From Methanoregula sp. (lineage in GTDB: Archaea; Halobacteriota; Methanomicrobia; Methanomicrobiales; Methanospirillaceae): DNA of 35,676 bases. Shown piece after piece: positions 27,044 to 35,676 of this stretch (position 1 is its first letter; each line of letters starts with the position of its first letter). Below the pieces are notes generated by a model that did not search any database, had not been told where the DNA came from, and saw only the letters and a list, made by a program, of their open reading frames with translations. Both the position numbers and the translations under genes were made by a program. The DNA is taken from the NCBI GenBank assembly GCA_049697815.1, contig JBAVWM010000175.1, positions 1 through 35,676 of the forward strand, read 5' to 3'.

Positions 27044-27226
27044 TTAACAGGGACTAGGGACTGTCCGTGGGGAATCCTCTCCGTTGCAGACGTACTCTTC
27101 TATATCTGAAAAAACACCGAAGTCCGAAGGCAGGTTCCGCTTCCGTTCCGTGATCAGGAACACGATCGCCTCATCATAGGTCCGGAGATCCCGCTCCGCA
27201 ATGATCTGGTCGAGAGTGGATTGCAT
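27044..27226 (-). CDS. Possible truncated antitoxin-like small protein
   Basis: LRTYDEAIVFLI...S.FG resembles archaeal VapB-like antitoxins. Short, with no clear intact toxin beside it. Confidence 0.35.
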   Translation of the reverse strand: MQSTLDQIIAERDLRTYDEAIVFLITERKRNLPSDFGVFSDIEEYVCNGEDSPRTVPSPC

Positions 27227-27482
27227 GAAAAAATGATTGCATTCACGTTTCGTACTGTGATGGATCGCAGGAATCCGGGAACCCAGAATTCCGGAATTCC
27301 GGAATGACCTGATGATACGGGTGAAACACCTGCCATGTAGGGTGATGCACGATCAGCGTTACAGAAAAAACGCCGCACACCACTCAATGAAAATCTCCTT
27401 AAAAAACGGACCTGTTTCGGGACAGCACCGGAACATATCCATTCGATAAACTATCGCATACCATTATCCCTGCCCCGGCACC

Positions 27483-28193
27483 TCACCGGTCCCCCGCACT
27501 GATCAGCTGTTCATCCACAACCGCCGGCACCAGCGGCGGGAGGTGTCCCCACCGGACCGTAACATCCCCCATGATGGTAAATACACCGTCAACCTCATCC
27601 GGGTTGATCAGGTCAAGAACCGAATGGTCGTCCGGCCGGATTTCGTTGCAGACCGCCGTTGCCCAGGCATCCGATAACGCAACGTCGCGGGCAAAGATGG
27701 TGACGGCATCGGCCATGCCGAACGATATGGACGGCCCGACCGTTGCTGATGAGGTACAAATCCCAAGGACGTGATCCTGCGGAGGGACGACAAACGCCAC
27801 CCGGTTGGAGAGCGCCGCACCACCGGCATGCACGCCGACCCGGACCGGGCGATCCGAAACAAGAGCAATATCGCCACCATTGTCGATCACCCCGAATGAA
27901 GCGCCGGCTTCCAGCATCGCCTCGACTCCCGCCCACGCAATGGTCCCGGCAACAGCAGCCATCGGGCCGACACCGGCCCTGCATGCTGCATCCGCCATGC
28001 GGGTAATGACCAGTTCGTCAGAATCCGGCTCATACGGGTCGAACGTGGCGGCAAAAAAAGGGTCGCGGGCGATATGGGCCTCCAGTACCTGCCGGGCTGC
28101 CATGATGCCGGCTTTTGCCGCACGGACATGAGCGGGATAGTCCGCAAGGATCGTTGCGAACGTTTCCCGGAAATGGAACGGCTCCCGGATCAT
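27483..28193 (-). CDS. UPF0280 (ApbE-like) protein
   Basis: GVGPMAAVAG, DNGGDIAL, GICTSSATVGPSISFG.ADAV. ATG 28193 overlaps the upstream stop. Confidence 0.92.
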   Translation of the reverse strand: MIREPFHFRETFATILADYPAHVRAAKAGIMAARQVLEAHIARDPFFAATFDPYEPDSDELVITRMADAACRAGVGPMAAVAGTIAWAGVEAMLEAGASFGVIDNGGDIALVSDRPVRVGVHAGGAALSNRVAFVVPPQDHVLGICTSSATVGPSISFGMADAVTIFARDVALSDAWATAVCNEIRPDDHSVLDLINPDEVDGVFTIMGDVTVRWGHLPPLVPAVVDEQLISAGDR

Positions 28194-28576
28194 AGCGGGA
28201 GGGAGAGTGCCCGGTGCGGGCAGGCATCGATGCACTTGCCGCACAGGATGCACTTCTCCTCGTCAAGCCGGAGTTTCCACTCCGCATCGAAGCTGAAGAC
28301 CTCGCGGGGGCAGATGCTGATGCAGAGACCGCAGTCAACGCACTCGCTCTCATCGTAGCTCACCCCATGGTCGAGTAGGCGCACGTGGGCTCCGAGGGAT
28401 GTCATCGTGTCGCTGACAAGCCGGCACTGCTCGTCCGGGACTTCGATCAGGGCTTCCCCTTCGGATGAGTCGATAACCGCCCGTTCCACGTTGATGAGCA
28501 CGCCGGTATCGCGGACAACCTGGGCGATGATCGGCTTTCTTCCCTTGCCACGGGAGAACGTGACCAGCAGTTTCAT
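28190..28576 (-). CDS. NIL domain-ferredoxin protein (homocysteine biosynthesis partner)
   Basis: Two CxxCxxCxxxCP motifs after a NIL-like domain. ATG 28576 overlaps the upstream stop. Confidence 0.92.
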   Translation of the reverse strand: MKLLVTFSRGKGRKPIIAQVVRDTGVLINVERAVIDSSEGEALIEVPDEQCRLVSDTMTSLGAHVRLLDHGVSYDESECVDCGLCISICPREVFSFDAEWKLRLDEEKCILCGKCIDACPHRALSLPL

Positions 28577-30081
28577 TTCAGCCACCTCCCGCCAACCAGT
28601 TTGCCAAGGTTCATCGCAGTGAGGATCCCGATCACATGGGACTCTTTATCGATGACCGGCAGTGCGCTGATGTTATGCTTCTCCAGTTTCTGGATGGCGA
28701 TATCAACCGCTTCGTCCGGAATCGTTGTGATCACTTTGGTCTTCATGATATCCTTCACGAGATGCGCCTTGCCGGGGTTTGCCACGGCCTTGGAGATATC
28801 GAAGGTGGTAACGATCCCCACCAGCACCTTTTTACTATTGATGACGGGGAGGTGATTGGTCTCGCCCCTGAGCAGTTTCTTGGCAGCCGTCGTGATCTCC
28901 TCGTCCTCTCCGATGCTTGTTACCTTTTTATCCATGATCTCAAGGACCCGCGGGCTGGTTTTGCTCTGGTACATGGGTTTTGCCTGCTTCTTCGGGTCGA
29001 TGAGGCGGGTAGGGAGGGAAAGGGTCATCTTCCCGCTCTCGACCCAGTGTTTCAGTTCATCTGCCACCTGCCGCGCCCGGCGGAAGCTTGAAAGCGAAGA
29101 AGTCCGGACGTCCTCGCCGTTCAGTTCGACCGTGCCGCTGCGCAGTTCTGCATAGGTAACCTTACGCAGGGAGGGCCGGGTCCTGCTCGGCACGCCGTAG
29201 TCCTTGATATCGACACTGATGTCCTCGTCCCGGACCGCCGTTGCCCGCACAACATCCAGGTCGAGCACGGGCAGGGGAATTCCGAGCCCGACATACAGGG
29301 TGACGCCGTACCCGGACATGGTCGCTGCCCGCAGGTACTCCTGCGACATCTGTTTTAAGTCGCCCGTCACCATCAGGGTGCCGAATCCCCCGGCCGGGGA
29401 GTGCTGGGTACCTTCCCCCACAACAATACCGGGTGCACCGCAGAGGAAGATCGGGACACCGCTCCCGATCAGCCGGAATTTCGGGTCATTGGAGATCGGG
29501 TTCAGGATCCCGGACCCGGAGTACGTGATATTGCCGGAGCCCGGGAGCAGCGTCCCCATGTACGTGTTCAGGACGCGATCGGTGGTATTGGTCGCGGCAT
29601 CGTACCGCTGGTATGCGTTCCGCGGATTGCACATGATCGCCTGGTTTAAATTTTCCAGCGCGAGTTCCGTAGTGAGCATGCGTCGCGGGTAGCAGTCGGT
29701 TCCATGGGAACTTGCCCGCAGTTCCACGGTCTTTCCTGCCACAAGGTCCTCGATCACATGGGCGCCCCCGTACTCCTCCTGGAGGGTATCGGACTGCTGG
29801 GTTGCACCGATGAACGTATCAACGGCCGCAAGGCCGCCGTACGCCTCGACATTGTTCAGCCAGATCCGCTCCATGCGGATGGGAGGCTCGGCATGGCCGA
29901 AGTTCAGGAACGCCCCGGACGAGCACATGGCGCCGAAGGTCCCGGTCGTAACGACATCGACCTCTTTGAGCGCCCCTCCCTCACCAAGCTCGGCCACAAT
30001 GGCAGGCATCTCCTCTGCAGTGACGACCCGTGCGGACCCGTCACGGATGCGTTCATTGATCTGCCCGATGGACTTGTGCAT
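28573..30081 (-). CDS. Homocysteine biosynthesis protein, L-aspartate semialdehyde sulfurtransferase (DUF39 + CBS pair)
   Basis: VDVVTTGTFGAMCSSGA, YGGAHVIEDL, GTDCYPR, NPRNAYQ, and two C-terminal CBS domains. Start is placed at ATG 30081. Confidence 0.93.
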   Translation of the reverse strand: MHKSIGQINERIRDGSARVVTAEEMPAIVAELGEGGALKEVDVVTTGTFGAMCSSGAFLNFGHAEPPIRMERIWLNNVEAYGGLAAVDTFIGATQQSDTLQEEYGGAHVIEDLVAGKTVELRASSHGTDCYPRRMLTTELALENLNQAIMCNPRNAYQRYDAATNTTDRVLNTYMGTLLPGSGNITYSGSGILNPISNDPKFRLIGSGVPIFLCGAPGIVVGEGTQHSPAGGFGTLMVTGDLKQMSQEYLRAATMSGYGVTLYVGLGIPLPVLDLDVVRATAVRDEDISVDIKDYGVPSRTRPSLRKVTYAELRSGTVELNGEDVRTSSLSSFRRARQVADELKHWVESGKMTLSLPTRLIDPKKQAKPMYQSKTSPRVLEIMDKKVTSIGEDEEITTAAKKLLRGETNHLPVINSKKVLVGIVTTFDISKAVANPGKAHLVKDIMKTKVITTIPDEAVDIAIQKLEKHNISALPVIDKESHVIGILTAMNLGKLVGGRWLK

Positions 30082-30119
30082 GACCACATATTCCGTTTTC
30101 CGGATATTTAAGATAATTG

Positions 30120-30138
30120 TTATTACTTTCAGTAATAA
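30120..30138. promoter_or_regulatory. Perfect 8-bp inverted repeat in divergent promoter region
   Basis: TTATTACT-TTC-AGTAATAA between the homocysteine operon and the NIF3 gene. Confidence 0.4.
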
Positions 30139-30172
30139 ATGCGATTTTAACCACCGGCGTCCAAGATCCGGT

Positions 30173-30880
30173 ATGCATGTGCGTGTCTTCATAGAGGATA
30201 TGGAGCGGCTCGCCCCTCCGCATCTTGCCGAGGATTTCGATGCAGGAAAGATCGGCCTTATTGTCGAGGGGAAGACAAGGATCGGTACGGTCTGCTGTGC
30301 GCTGGATGCCACCCCCTCCGTGGTTAAACGGGCAGGTGCAGCACACGCCGATATGCTCCTTGTCCACCATACGCCGCTCTGGACGCCGCTTTTCTCTCTC
30401 ACCGGCCCCACCGCGGCCCTCATGCGCGACGTCCTCGCAGCGGGCCTGAACATCTATGTCATGCACACCAACTTCGACCATGCCGGGGCCGGCGTGAATG
30501 ATGCACTCTCTGAACTCCTCTCGCTTGCAAATACCGTGCCCATGACGCTCGGTCTGGTGGGCGACTGTTCGTTATCTCTCGAAGAGATCACGCGCCGGCT
30601 CAACTGCCCGGTGCGGGTCTGGGGAAAGGTTAAAAAATTACAGCGGCTGGCAGTAGTCGGCGGGAGCGGGTTTGATCCGGCATACATGGCCGAGGCAATG
30701 GAGCAGGGTGCCGATGCCTTCCTCTCCAGCGAGCTGAAGCATTCCGTGTACCGCTCTGCACCGCTTCCCTGCATCGAGGCCACCCACTATGCGCTGGAGG
30801 CCCCGGCCATGAAACGGCTCGCTGCACAGAAAGGCTGGCAGTTTATCGATGATCCCCCGGTCCTGCATCCCGTGCCATGA
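30173..30880 (+). CDS. NIF3/YbgI-like dinuclear metal centre protein
   Basis: ALDAT, LVHHTP, HTNFD, AVVGGSG, SELKH, ATHYALE. Start is placed at ATG 30173. Confidence 0.92.
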   Translation: MHVRVFIEDMERLAPPHLAEDFDAGKIGLIVEGKTRIGTVCCALDATPSVVKRAGAAHADMLLVHHTPLWTPLFSLTGPTAALMRDVLAAGLNIYVMHTNFDHAGAGVNDALSELLSLANTVPMTLGLVGDCSLSLEEITRRLNCPVRVWGKVKKLQRLAVVGGSGFDPAYMAEAMEQGADAFLSSELKHSVYRSAPLPCIEATHYALEAPAMKRLAAQKGWQFIDDPPVLHPVP

Positions 30881-31206
30881 ACGATATCTGGGGGCGGCTC
30901 CAAAAGCGGCATGAACTGGACACGGAGATCCGCGGGGAAATTGTGGCAGCGTTTGGCAGGAAGGGGACGGCCGCCCTTGACGCGATCGATGCAGGCAGGG
31001 TCAAAAAGTACCAGGACTTCTTTGTGGTCGAAGGCAGGACCGCGGCCTATATCGTGGAGGACGATTTCTGCACCTGCGGTGATTTCCTGTACCGGGGCCG
31101 GGCCTGCTGGCACCTTCTCGCGGTGCGGATCGCACGGGATTCCAGACGGTTTGTTATGGTTGACCGTTGGTATCAGGAGATACTGAGTGAGAAGCCGGGG
31201 AAATAG
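30877..31206 (+). CDS. SWIM zinc finger protein
   Basis: CTCGDF...CWHLLAV motif. ATGA overlap with the NIF3 gene. Confidence 0.88.
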   Translation: MNDIWGRLQKRHELDTEIRGEIVAAFGRKGTAALDAIDAGRVKKYQDFFVVEGRTAAYIVEDDFCTCGDFLYRGRACWHLLAVRIARDSRRFVMVDRWYQEILSEKPGK

Positions 31207-31327
31207 TTATGAGAATGACCCGGCGTTTTCTCATGAGATAATCTCCCCTTCCCGCGCCCCCGGAATTCAAAAAACATGAGTTCTAAAGATACAATGATGG
31301 GGGCTGAAACCCCCATACCCCCAATTA

Positions 31328-31450
31328 TGATGGACGCCGCCGCCCCCGGCGGGGCGCCCCCGATAGCGGCCTCAATTTCCAGTTATTTTTAGCGTACAGG
31401 AAATTGCCCCGCCGTGCCCCGAAGGGGCCCTGAGGCGGGGAGTGCTCATA
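31328..31450 (+). repeat. Dispersed GC-rich intergenic repeat, copy B
   Basis: TGATGGACGCCGCCGCCCCCGGCGGGGCGCCCC...CCCTGAGGCGGGGAGTGCTCATA, matching 20947-21066 (minus). Confidence 0.85.
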
Positions 31451-31558
31451 GATGCAAATGAGTACGAACTCCTGTTCATAGGTATTTCTCCGAATCCGGA
31501 ACAGCAACAAACTAATTAGTATTTGTAATCAACTGTACTGACGATTGTGTGATTGTCC

Positions 31559-34300
31559 ATGCTCGAAGACGAATACCAGCTCGAATACTTTAAAACGCAG
31601 GGGTTTACCCGCAGGATCTGTAAAAGCTGCGGGTCGGCGTTCTGGACCCGGGATGCTTCACGGGATATCTGCGGGGACGCCCCCTGCGAACCCTATAATT
31701 TTATCGGCAGCCCGGTCTTTACGCCTCACACCCTTGACTCGATGCGGGAAGCCTATCTTTCTTTCTTTGAGAAGAACGGTCACACGCGGGTGGAACGGTA
31801 CCCCGTGGTTGCACGCTGGCGGGATGACATCTACTTAACGATCGCATCGATCGCGGACTTCCAGCCGTTCGTGACCAGCGGTATTGTACCGCCCCCGGCA
31901 AATCCGCTGACGATCTCCCAGCCCTGCATCCGGCTCAATGATCTCGATTCCGTGGGGAAGTCCGGGCGGCACCTCACCACGTTCGAGATGATGGCCCACC
32001 ATGCCTTCAACACCCCGAACCAGGAGATTTACTGGAAGGACCGGACCGTCGAGCTCTGCGACCAGTTCATTGCCTCCATCGGCGGCGATCTGAACCGGGT
32101 CACCTACAAGGAGAACCCGTGGATCGGCGGCGGCAATGCCGGGCCGAGCGTCGAGGTCCTGATCGGCGGCCTTGAAATTGCAACGCTCGTCTTCATGAGC
32201 CTCGGCAGGCAGAAGACCGGTGGCACGGGCTACGAGCTGAAGGGCGAGATGTATTACCCGATGAAACTCCGGATCGTCGATACCGGCTACGGGCTCGAAC
32301 GGCTGGTCTGGGCGTCCAAGGGCTCGCCCACTATTTACGACGCGGTCTTCCCGGAGATGGTGAGCCGGGTGATGGGTGCTGCCGGACTCTCCCACATGCT
32401 GGACAACAAGGAGTACACCAAGCTCCTTTCCCTGAATGCAAAGTATGCCGGCCTCATGGACATCTCGGGAACGAACCTCTTCAACCTGAGGAAGAAAGTT
32501 GCAGCAGCGATCGATGTCTCCCCCGAGAAACTGGACCGGATGATCACGCCCATCGAGAAGGTGTACGCGATCGTTGACCATACCCGCTGCCTTGCCTATA
32601 TGCTCGGCGACTGCATTGTCCCGTCCAATGTGCGGGAAGGCTACCTTGCACGGCTCGTGATCCGGCGGACCCTGCGGATGATGACCGAGCTGAAGATACA
32701 GGAACCCCTTGCAGACCTTATCGAACAGCAGACCGCGATCATCGGTTCTAAGAAGTTCGAGCAGGACATTTCGGTAGTCCGGGAGATCGTTGAGCGGGAG
32801 ACCGAGAAGTACGCATCAACGCTCGAACGCGGTACCCGCATCGTCCAGAAGGTAGCAAAGACCTACAAGGCCAAAAGCCAGCGTGTCCCGCTTGCCGAGG
32901 TCATGATCCTCTATGACTCCCACGGCATCCAGCCGGAGATGATCAGGGAGATTGCGACAAAGGAAGGGGCGGTCGTTGACCTGCCGGACAACTTCTATTC
33001 CATGGTCGCCGACTCGCATTCCGAGTCCAGGAAGGAAGTTGAGGTGGATACAACCGCGAAGTATGCCGAACGGCTGCGGGCCCTTCCCCCGACAAAAAAA
33101 CTCTACTACGACCAGCCCTCGGATATCGAGTTCGAGGCCGTGGTGCTGGACTTCTTTGACGGCTATGTCGTAACCGACCAGACGCTCTTTTACCCGGAGG
33201 GCGGCGGGCAGCCGGCCGACACCGGAACGCTCATCGGTTCCGAGAGCATGGCGCAGGTCGACGGGGCTCTGAAGGTCGGCGAAGTGATCCTCCACCACAT
33301 CGCCGGAGGGATCCTCCGGCGCGGGGAGCGGATCAAGGGGATGGTAGACGAGGAGCGGCGCTGGTCGCTGATGCGCCACCACACCGCAACGCATGTCCTC
33401 CTCCATGCTGCCAAGGAGATACTCGGGGCCCATATCCACCAGGCCGGTGCGCAGAAAGGCAGCGAGAGTTCCCGTATCGACATCCGGCACTTCAAGCATA
33501 TCACTCCCGATGAACTCCACCGCATCGAGGTTGCAGCGAACCGCATGATCATGGCGAGCGTGCCGGTCGAAGTTGAGGTTGAAGACCGGACCAGAGCCGA
33601 GCAGAAGTATGGCTTCTCGCTGTATCAGGGCGGGGTCCCCCCGGGCAGGGATATCCGGATTGTAAAAGTGGCGGGGGACATCGAAGCATGTGCCGGCACC
33701 CATTGCCGGAACACCGGTGAAGTCGGCATGATCAAGATCATCCGTGTCGAGCATATCCAGGACGGTATCGAGCGGATCGAGTTTGCCGCCGGCATTGCGG
33801 CGATCTATTACATGCAGCATCTCGAAGGGATCGTCGCGTCTTCCGCAGCAGTCCTGTCCGTGCAGGAGGAAAACCTGCCCGCAACGGTCACCCGCTTCTT
33901 CAACGAATGGAAAGAACAGAAGAAGGATATCGAGAAGATGAGCCAGAAACTGGTCGAACTCGAGATGCAGACACTCGTGGCAGAGACGGCAGGCGGTATT
34001 TCTGTTGTTGTCAAGCGGATCGACCTCCCGCCAAAAGACCTTGCCCTGCTTGCCGCAGCGATCTCTGAAAAAGGTGGCGTAGCCCTCCTTGCAGGATCCG
34101 GGGATTCGGTCAGGGTCGTGCTCGCATCCGGGGATAACCGGGTGAATGCCGGGGACATCATCGGGCAGGTCTGCAGTATGGTGGGCGGCAAGGGCGGGGG
34201 CAAGCCCACGATGGCGCAAGGCGGAGGGCCGGACACGGCCCAGCTGGACCTTGCCTTAAAGGTAGGGCGTGAGCGCATCATCGCAGCCCTCAGGGCGTGA
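31559..34300 (+). CDS. alaS: Alanine--tRNA ligase (archaeal type)
   Basis: N-terminal CxxC...CGD, SIADFQP, RHLTTFEMMAHH, VDTGYGLER, editing motifs HHTATH and ACAGTH, C-terminal GGKGGG. Confidence 0.98.
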   Translation: MLEDEYQLEYFKTQGFTRRICKSCGSAFWTRDASRDICGDAPCEPYNFIGSPVFTPHTLDSMREAYLSFFEKNGHTRVERYPVVARWRDDIYLTIASIADFQPFVTSGIVPPPANPLTISQPCIRLNDLDSVGKSGRHLTTFEMMAHHAFNTPNQEIYWKDRTVELCDQFIASIGGDLNRVTYKENPWIGGGNAGPSVEVLIGGLEIATLVFMSLGRQKTGGTGYELKGEMYYPMKLRIVDTGYGLERLVWASKGSPTIYDAVFPEMVSRVMGAAGLSHMLDNKEYTKLLSLNAKYAGLMDISGTNLFNLRKKVAAAIDVSPEKLDRMITPIEKVYAIVDHTRCLAYMLGDCIVPSNVREGYLARLVIRRTLRMMTELKIQEPLADLIEQQTAIIGSKKFEQDISVVREIVERETEKYASTLERGTRIVQKVAKTYKAKSQRVPLAEVMILYDSHGIQPEMIREIATKEGAVVDLPDNFYSMVADSHSESRKEVEVDTTAKYAERLRALPPTKKLYYDQPSDIEFEAVVLDFFDGYVVTDQTLFYPEGGGQPADTGTLIGSESMAQVDGALKVGEVILHHIAGGILRRGERIKGMVDEERRWSLMRHHTATHVLLHAAKEILGAHIHQAGAQKGSESSRIDIRHFKHITPDELHRIEVAANRMIMASVPVEVEVEDRTRAEQKYGFSLYQGGVPPGRDIRIVKVAGDIEACAGTHCRNTGEVGMIKIIRVEHIQDGIERIEFAAGIAAIYYMQHLEGIVASSAAVLSVQEENLPATVTRFFNEWKEQKKDIEKMSQKLVELEMQTLVAETAGGISVVVKRIDLPPKDLALLAAAISEKGGVALLAGSGDSVRVVLASGDNRVNAGDIIGQVCSMVGGKGGGKPTMAQGGGPDTAQLDLALKVGRERIIAALRA

Positions 34301-34302
34301 AT

Positions 34303-35067
34303 ATGGCAGACAATGTCGTGTTCCTGGAACCCGGCGATGAGCGGGCGCAGAAGATTGCAAAGGCCATGGGGAGCCAGACTGCAAGCGATATCCTGCAGAT
34401 TCTCGGCGAAGGACCGCGAAGCCTGACAGATATTACCGAACGGCTGAATATCCCCATGAACACGGCAAAGTACCACATCGAGAACCTGCTCGATGCCGGT
34501 CTCATCGCGGTGGAGCAGACCAGGTACAGCGTCAAGGGCCGGGAGGTCAAGATCTATATGCTGACCAACCAGCTGCTGGTGGTGGCGCCCCGCCAGTCCA
34601 ATGTCCGTTCGCTCCTCTTAAAATACGCGTCCCTGTTCGGGATCGTTCTCGTCTGTTCGCTGTTGATCTCGGCAATCTCCCCGCTGTTCGGTGCGGGGAG
34701 TATGATCCGTGGCAGTGCGAACACGGTGAATATGGTGCCGGAGGTTGCCTACCAGCAGGATGGCGGTGCCGTTGCTAGGGCGGTCAGCGAGAGCGTGGCC
34801 ACGAATGTCACCCATGCTCCTGACGTGATGATGGCCGGGACAAAGAGCGTTGCGGACACCTGGGCCGCGAATGCTACGCCGGCAATGATATCCACACCGT
34901 TACCGACCGTGATGGTGCCCACGCCAGCCATACCGCCGGGGGCGGTGGAGAGCGGCGCCGGTGTGATGTTCCCGGTACCTGACCCGGCCCTGGCATTCTT
35001 TCTCGGCGGGGTGCTCGTGATCGTTATTTTGCTCTGCTACGAGATCTGGATCTGGAAGAAGCACTAA
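34303..35067 (+). CDS. ArsR-like HTH protein with predicted TM segments
   Basis: N-terminal HTH (KIAKAM...IL..L....SLTDI...YHIENL.DAGLI...YSVKGREV), an internal TM, a Thr/Pro-rich segment and a C-terminal TM. Alternative GTG start at 34297. Confidence 0.85.
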   Translation: MADNVVFLEPGDERAQKIAKAMGSQTASDILQILGEGPRSLTDITERLNIPMNTAKYHIENLLDAGLIAVEQTRYSVKGREVKIYMLTNQLLVVAPRQSNVRSLLLKYASLFGIVLVCSLLISAISPLFGAGSMIRGSANTVNMVPEVAYQQDGGAVARAVSESVATNVTHAPDVMMAGTKSVADTWAANATPAMISTPLPTVMVPTPAIPPGAVESGAGVMFPVPDPALAFFLGGVLVIVILLCYEIWIWKKH

Positions 35068-35173
35068 AAATGATTTTTTTCTTTTCTTCATGAGCGGTTT
35101 TCTGCCTTGATAAAAACGGGTTTTTCCCGCTCATCAGTTTTTTTCTTTTGCGTGAAACGCTGTCAGGATTGTT

Positions 35174-35353
35174 CCGCCGCCCCGATGGGGCGCCCCGCGA
35201 CGGCTCCATGAGCTGCCATCGTTTATAAAATGGGAATCCGCCCTGCCGAGCCTCGTCTCTCCCGCGATTCGGCAGGTCGAAGAATCCGTATGGATTCTTC
35301 TCCCGGGTCATTTCAGCGGAATTCGACGATTCGCAGAGGCCCTGAGGCGGGGA
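35174..35353 (+). repeat. Diverged copy C of the GC-rich intergenic repeat
   Basis: It shares the end motifs CCGCCGCCCC...GGGGCGCCCC and GGCCCTGAGGCGGGGA with copy B, but the middle differs and is longer. Confidence 0.55.
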
Positions 35354-35485
35354 ACCCTCACCGGGTGAGATTGGTAATCTTCGCGTTCTCTGTGGGAATT
35401 ATACGGATGGATACCCGGTTTTACTGTCTGCGTTTTTCTCTCATAAAAATATAAACCGGCAAAGCCGGTAAAAAAAGATCTGAAA

Positions 35486-35676
35486 TTATTGCCTTCTCAC
35501 TCGCGCTGCTGCAAGCAGTCCCGCCGCCGCAAGGGCTCCCAGCACTACGGGCAGCGGGAGCGGGGACTGGGTCGTGGTTGGCAGGGGCGTCGGGATGGTT
35601 GTCACGGGACGGGGCGTGGTGACGGGGACGGTTGTCGGGACCGTGGTCGGTTCAGGTGTCGGAGGTTCAGCCACCG
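35486..35676 (-). CDS. C-terminal end of a cell-surface protein (partial, begins outside window)
   Basis: Thr/Pro-rich linker, TQSP motif, hydrophobic helix and basic tail RVRRQ, the typical archaeal C-terminal anchor architecture. Confidence 0.8.
   Translation of the reverse strand, partial: VAEPPTPEPTTVPTTVPVTTPRPVTTIPTPLPTTTQSPLPLPVVLGALAAAGLLAAARVRRQ

Noticed and set aside
29810..30453. Long mutual overlap of the 626-aa and 356-aa ORFs
   Set aside because: An artefact of longest-ORF calling. The real starts at 30081 (minus) and 30173 (plus) leave a 91-bp intergenic gap.
32816..34219. 467-aa minus-strand ORF
   Set aside because: Antisense shadow of alaS.

Overview
The window comes from a methanogenic archaeon, most likely Methanomicrobiales (Methanoregula-like), judged from TFE, Trm56, archaeal AlaS and the DUF39-CBS/NIL-ferredoxin homocysteine genes. 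The right half (~20.2-35.7 kb) is mostly core housekeeping. The left half (1-~19 kb), on the 3' side of a tRNA-Leu(GAG), is a mosaic accessory region. The main discovery is a RiPP-type biosynthetic locus of the SynChlorMet kind: two radical SAM/SPASM enzymes (ScmE/ScmF-like), two stand-alone PqqD/RRE proteins, an ABC exporter and a nucleotidyltransferase. It comes with two paralogous Cys/Gly/Ser/Asn-rich small ORFs (<1..238 minus, absent from the ORF track, and 5961..6170 plus). These share an identical 17-aa segment after a YxxP motif and are strong candidates for the precursor peptide, which as far as I recall was not identified when the cassette was defined. A third, decayed copy appears at ~5508-5703. 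Other points of interest are a second radical SAM/methyltransferase/dual glycosyltransferase cluster (TIGR04282/TIGR04283-like) bracketed by 41-bp direct repeats, an orphan DNA methyltransferase with an APPF motif, several gene scars, a degenerate tRNA-like copy directly upstream of tRNA-Leu, and a dispersed GC-rich intergenic repeat. All family names are from motif recognition by eye; no searches were run.
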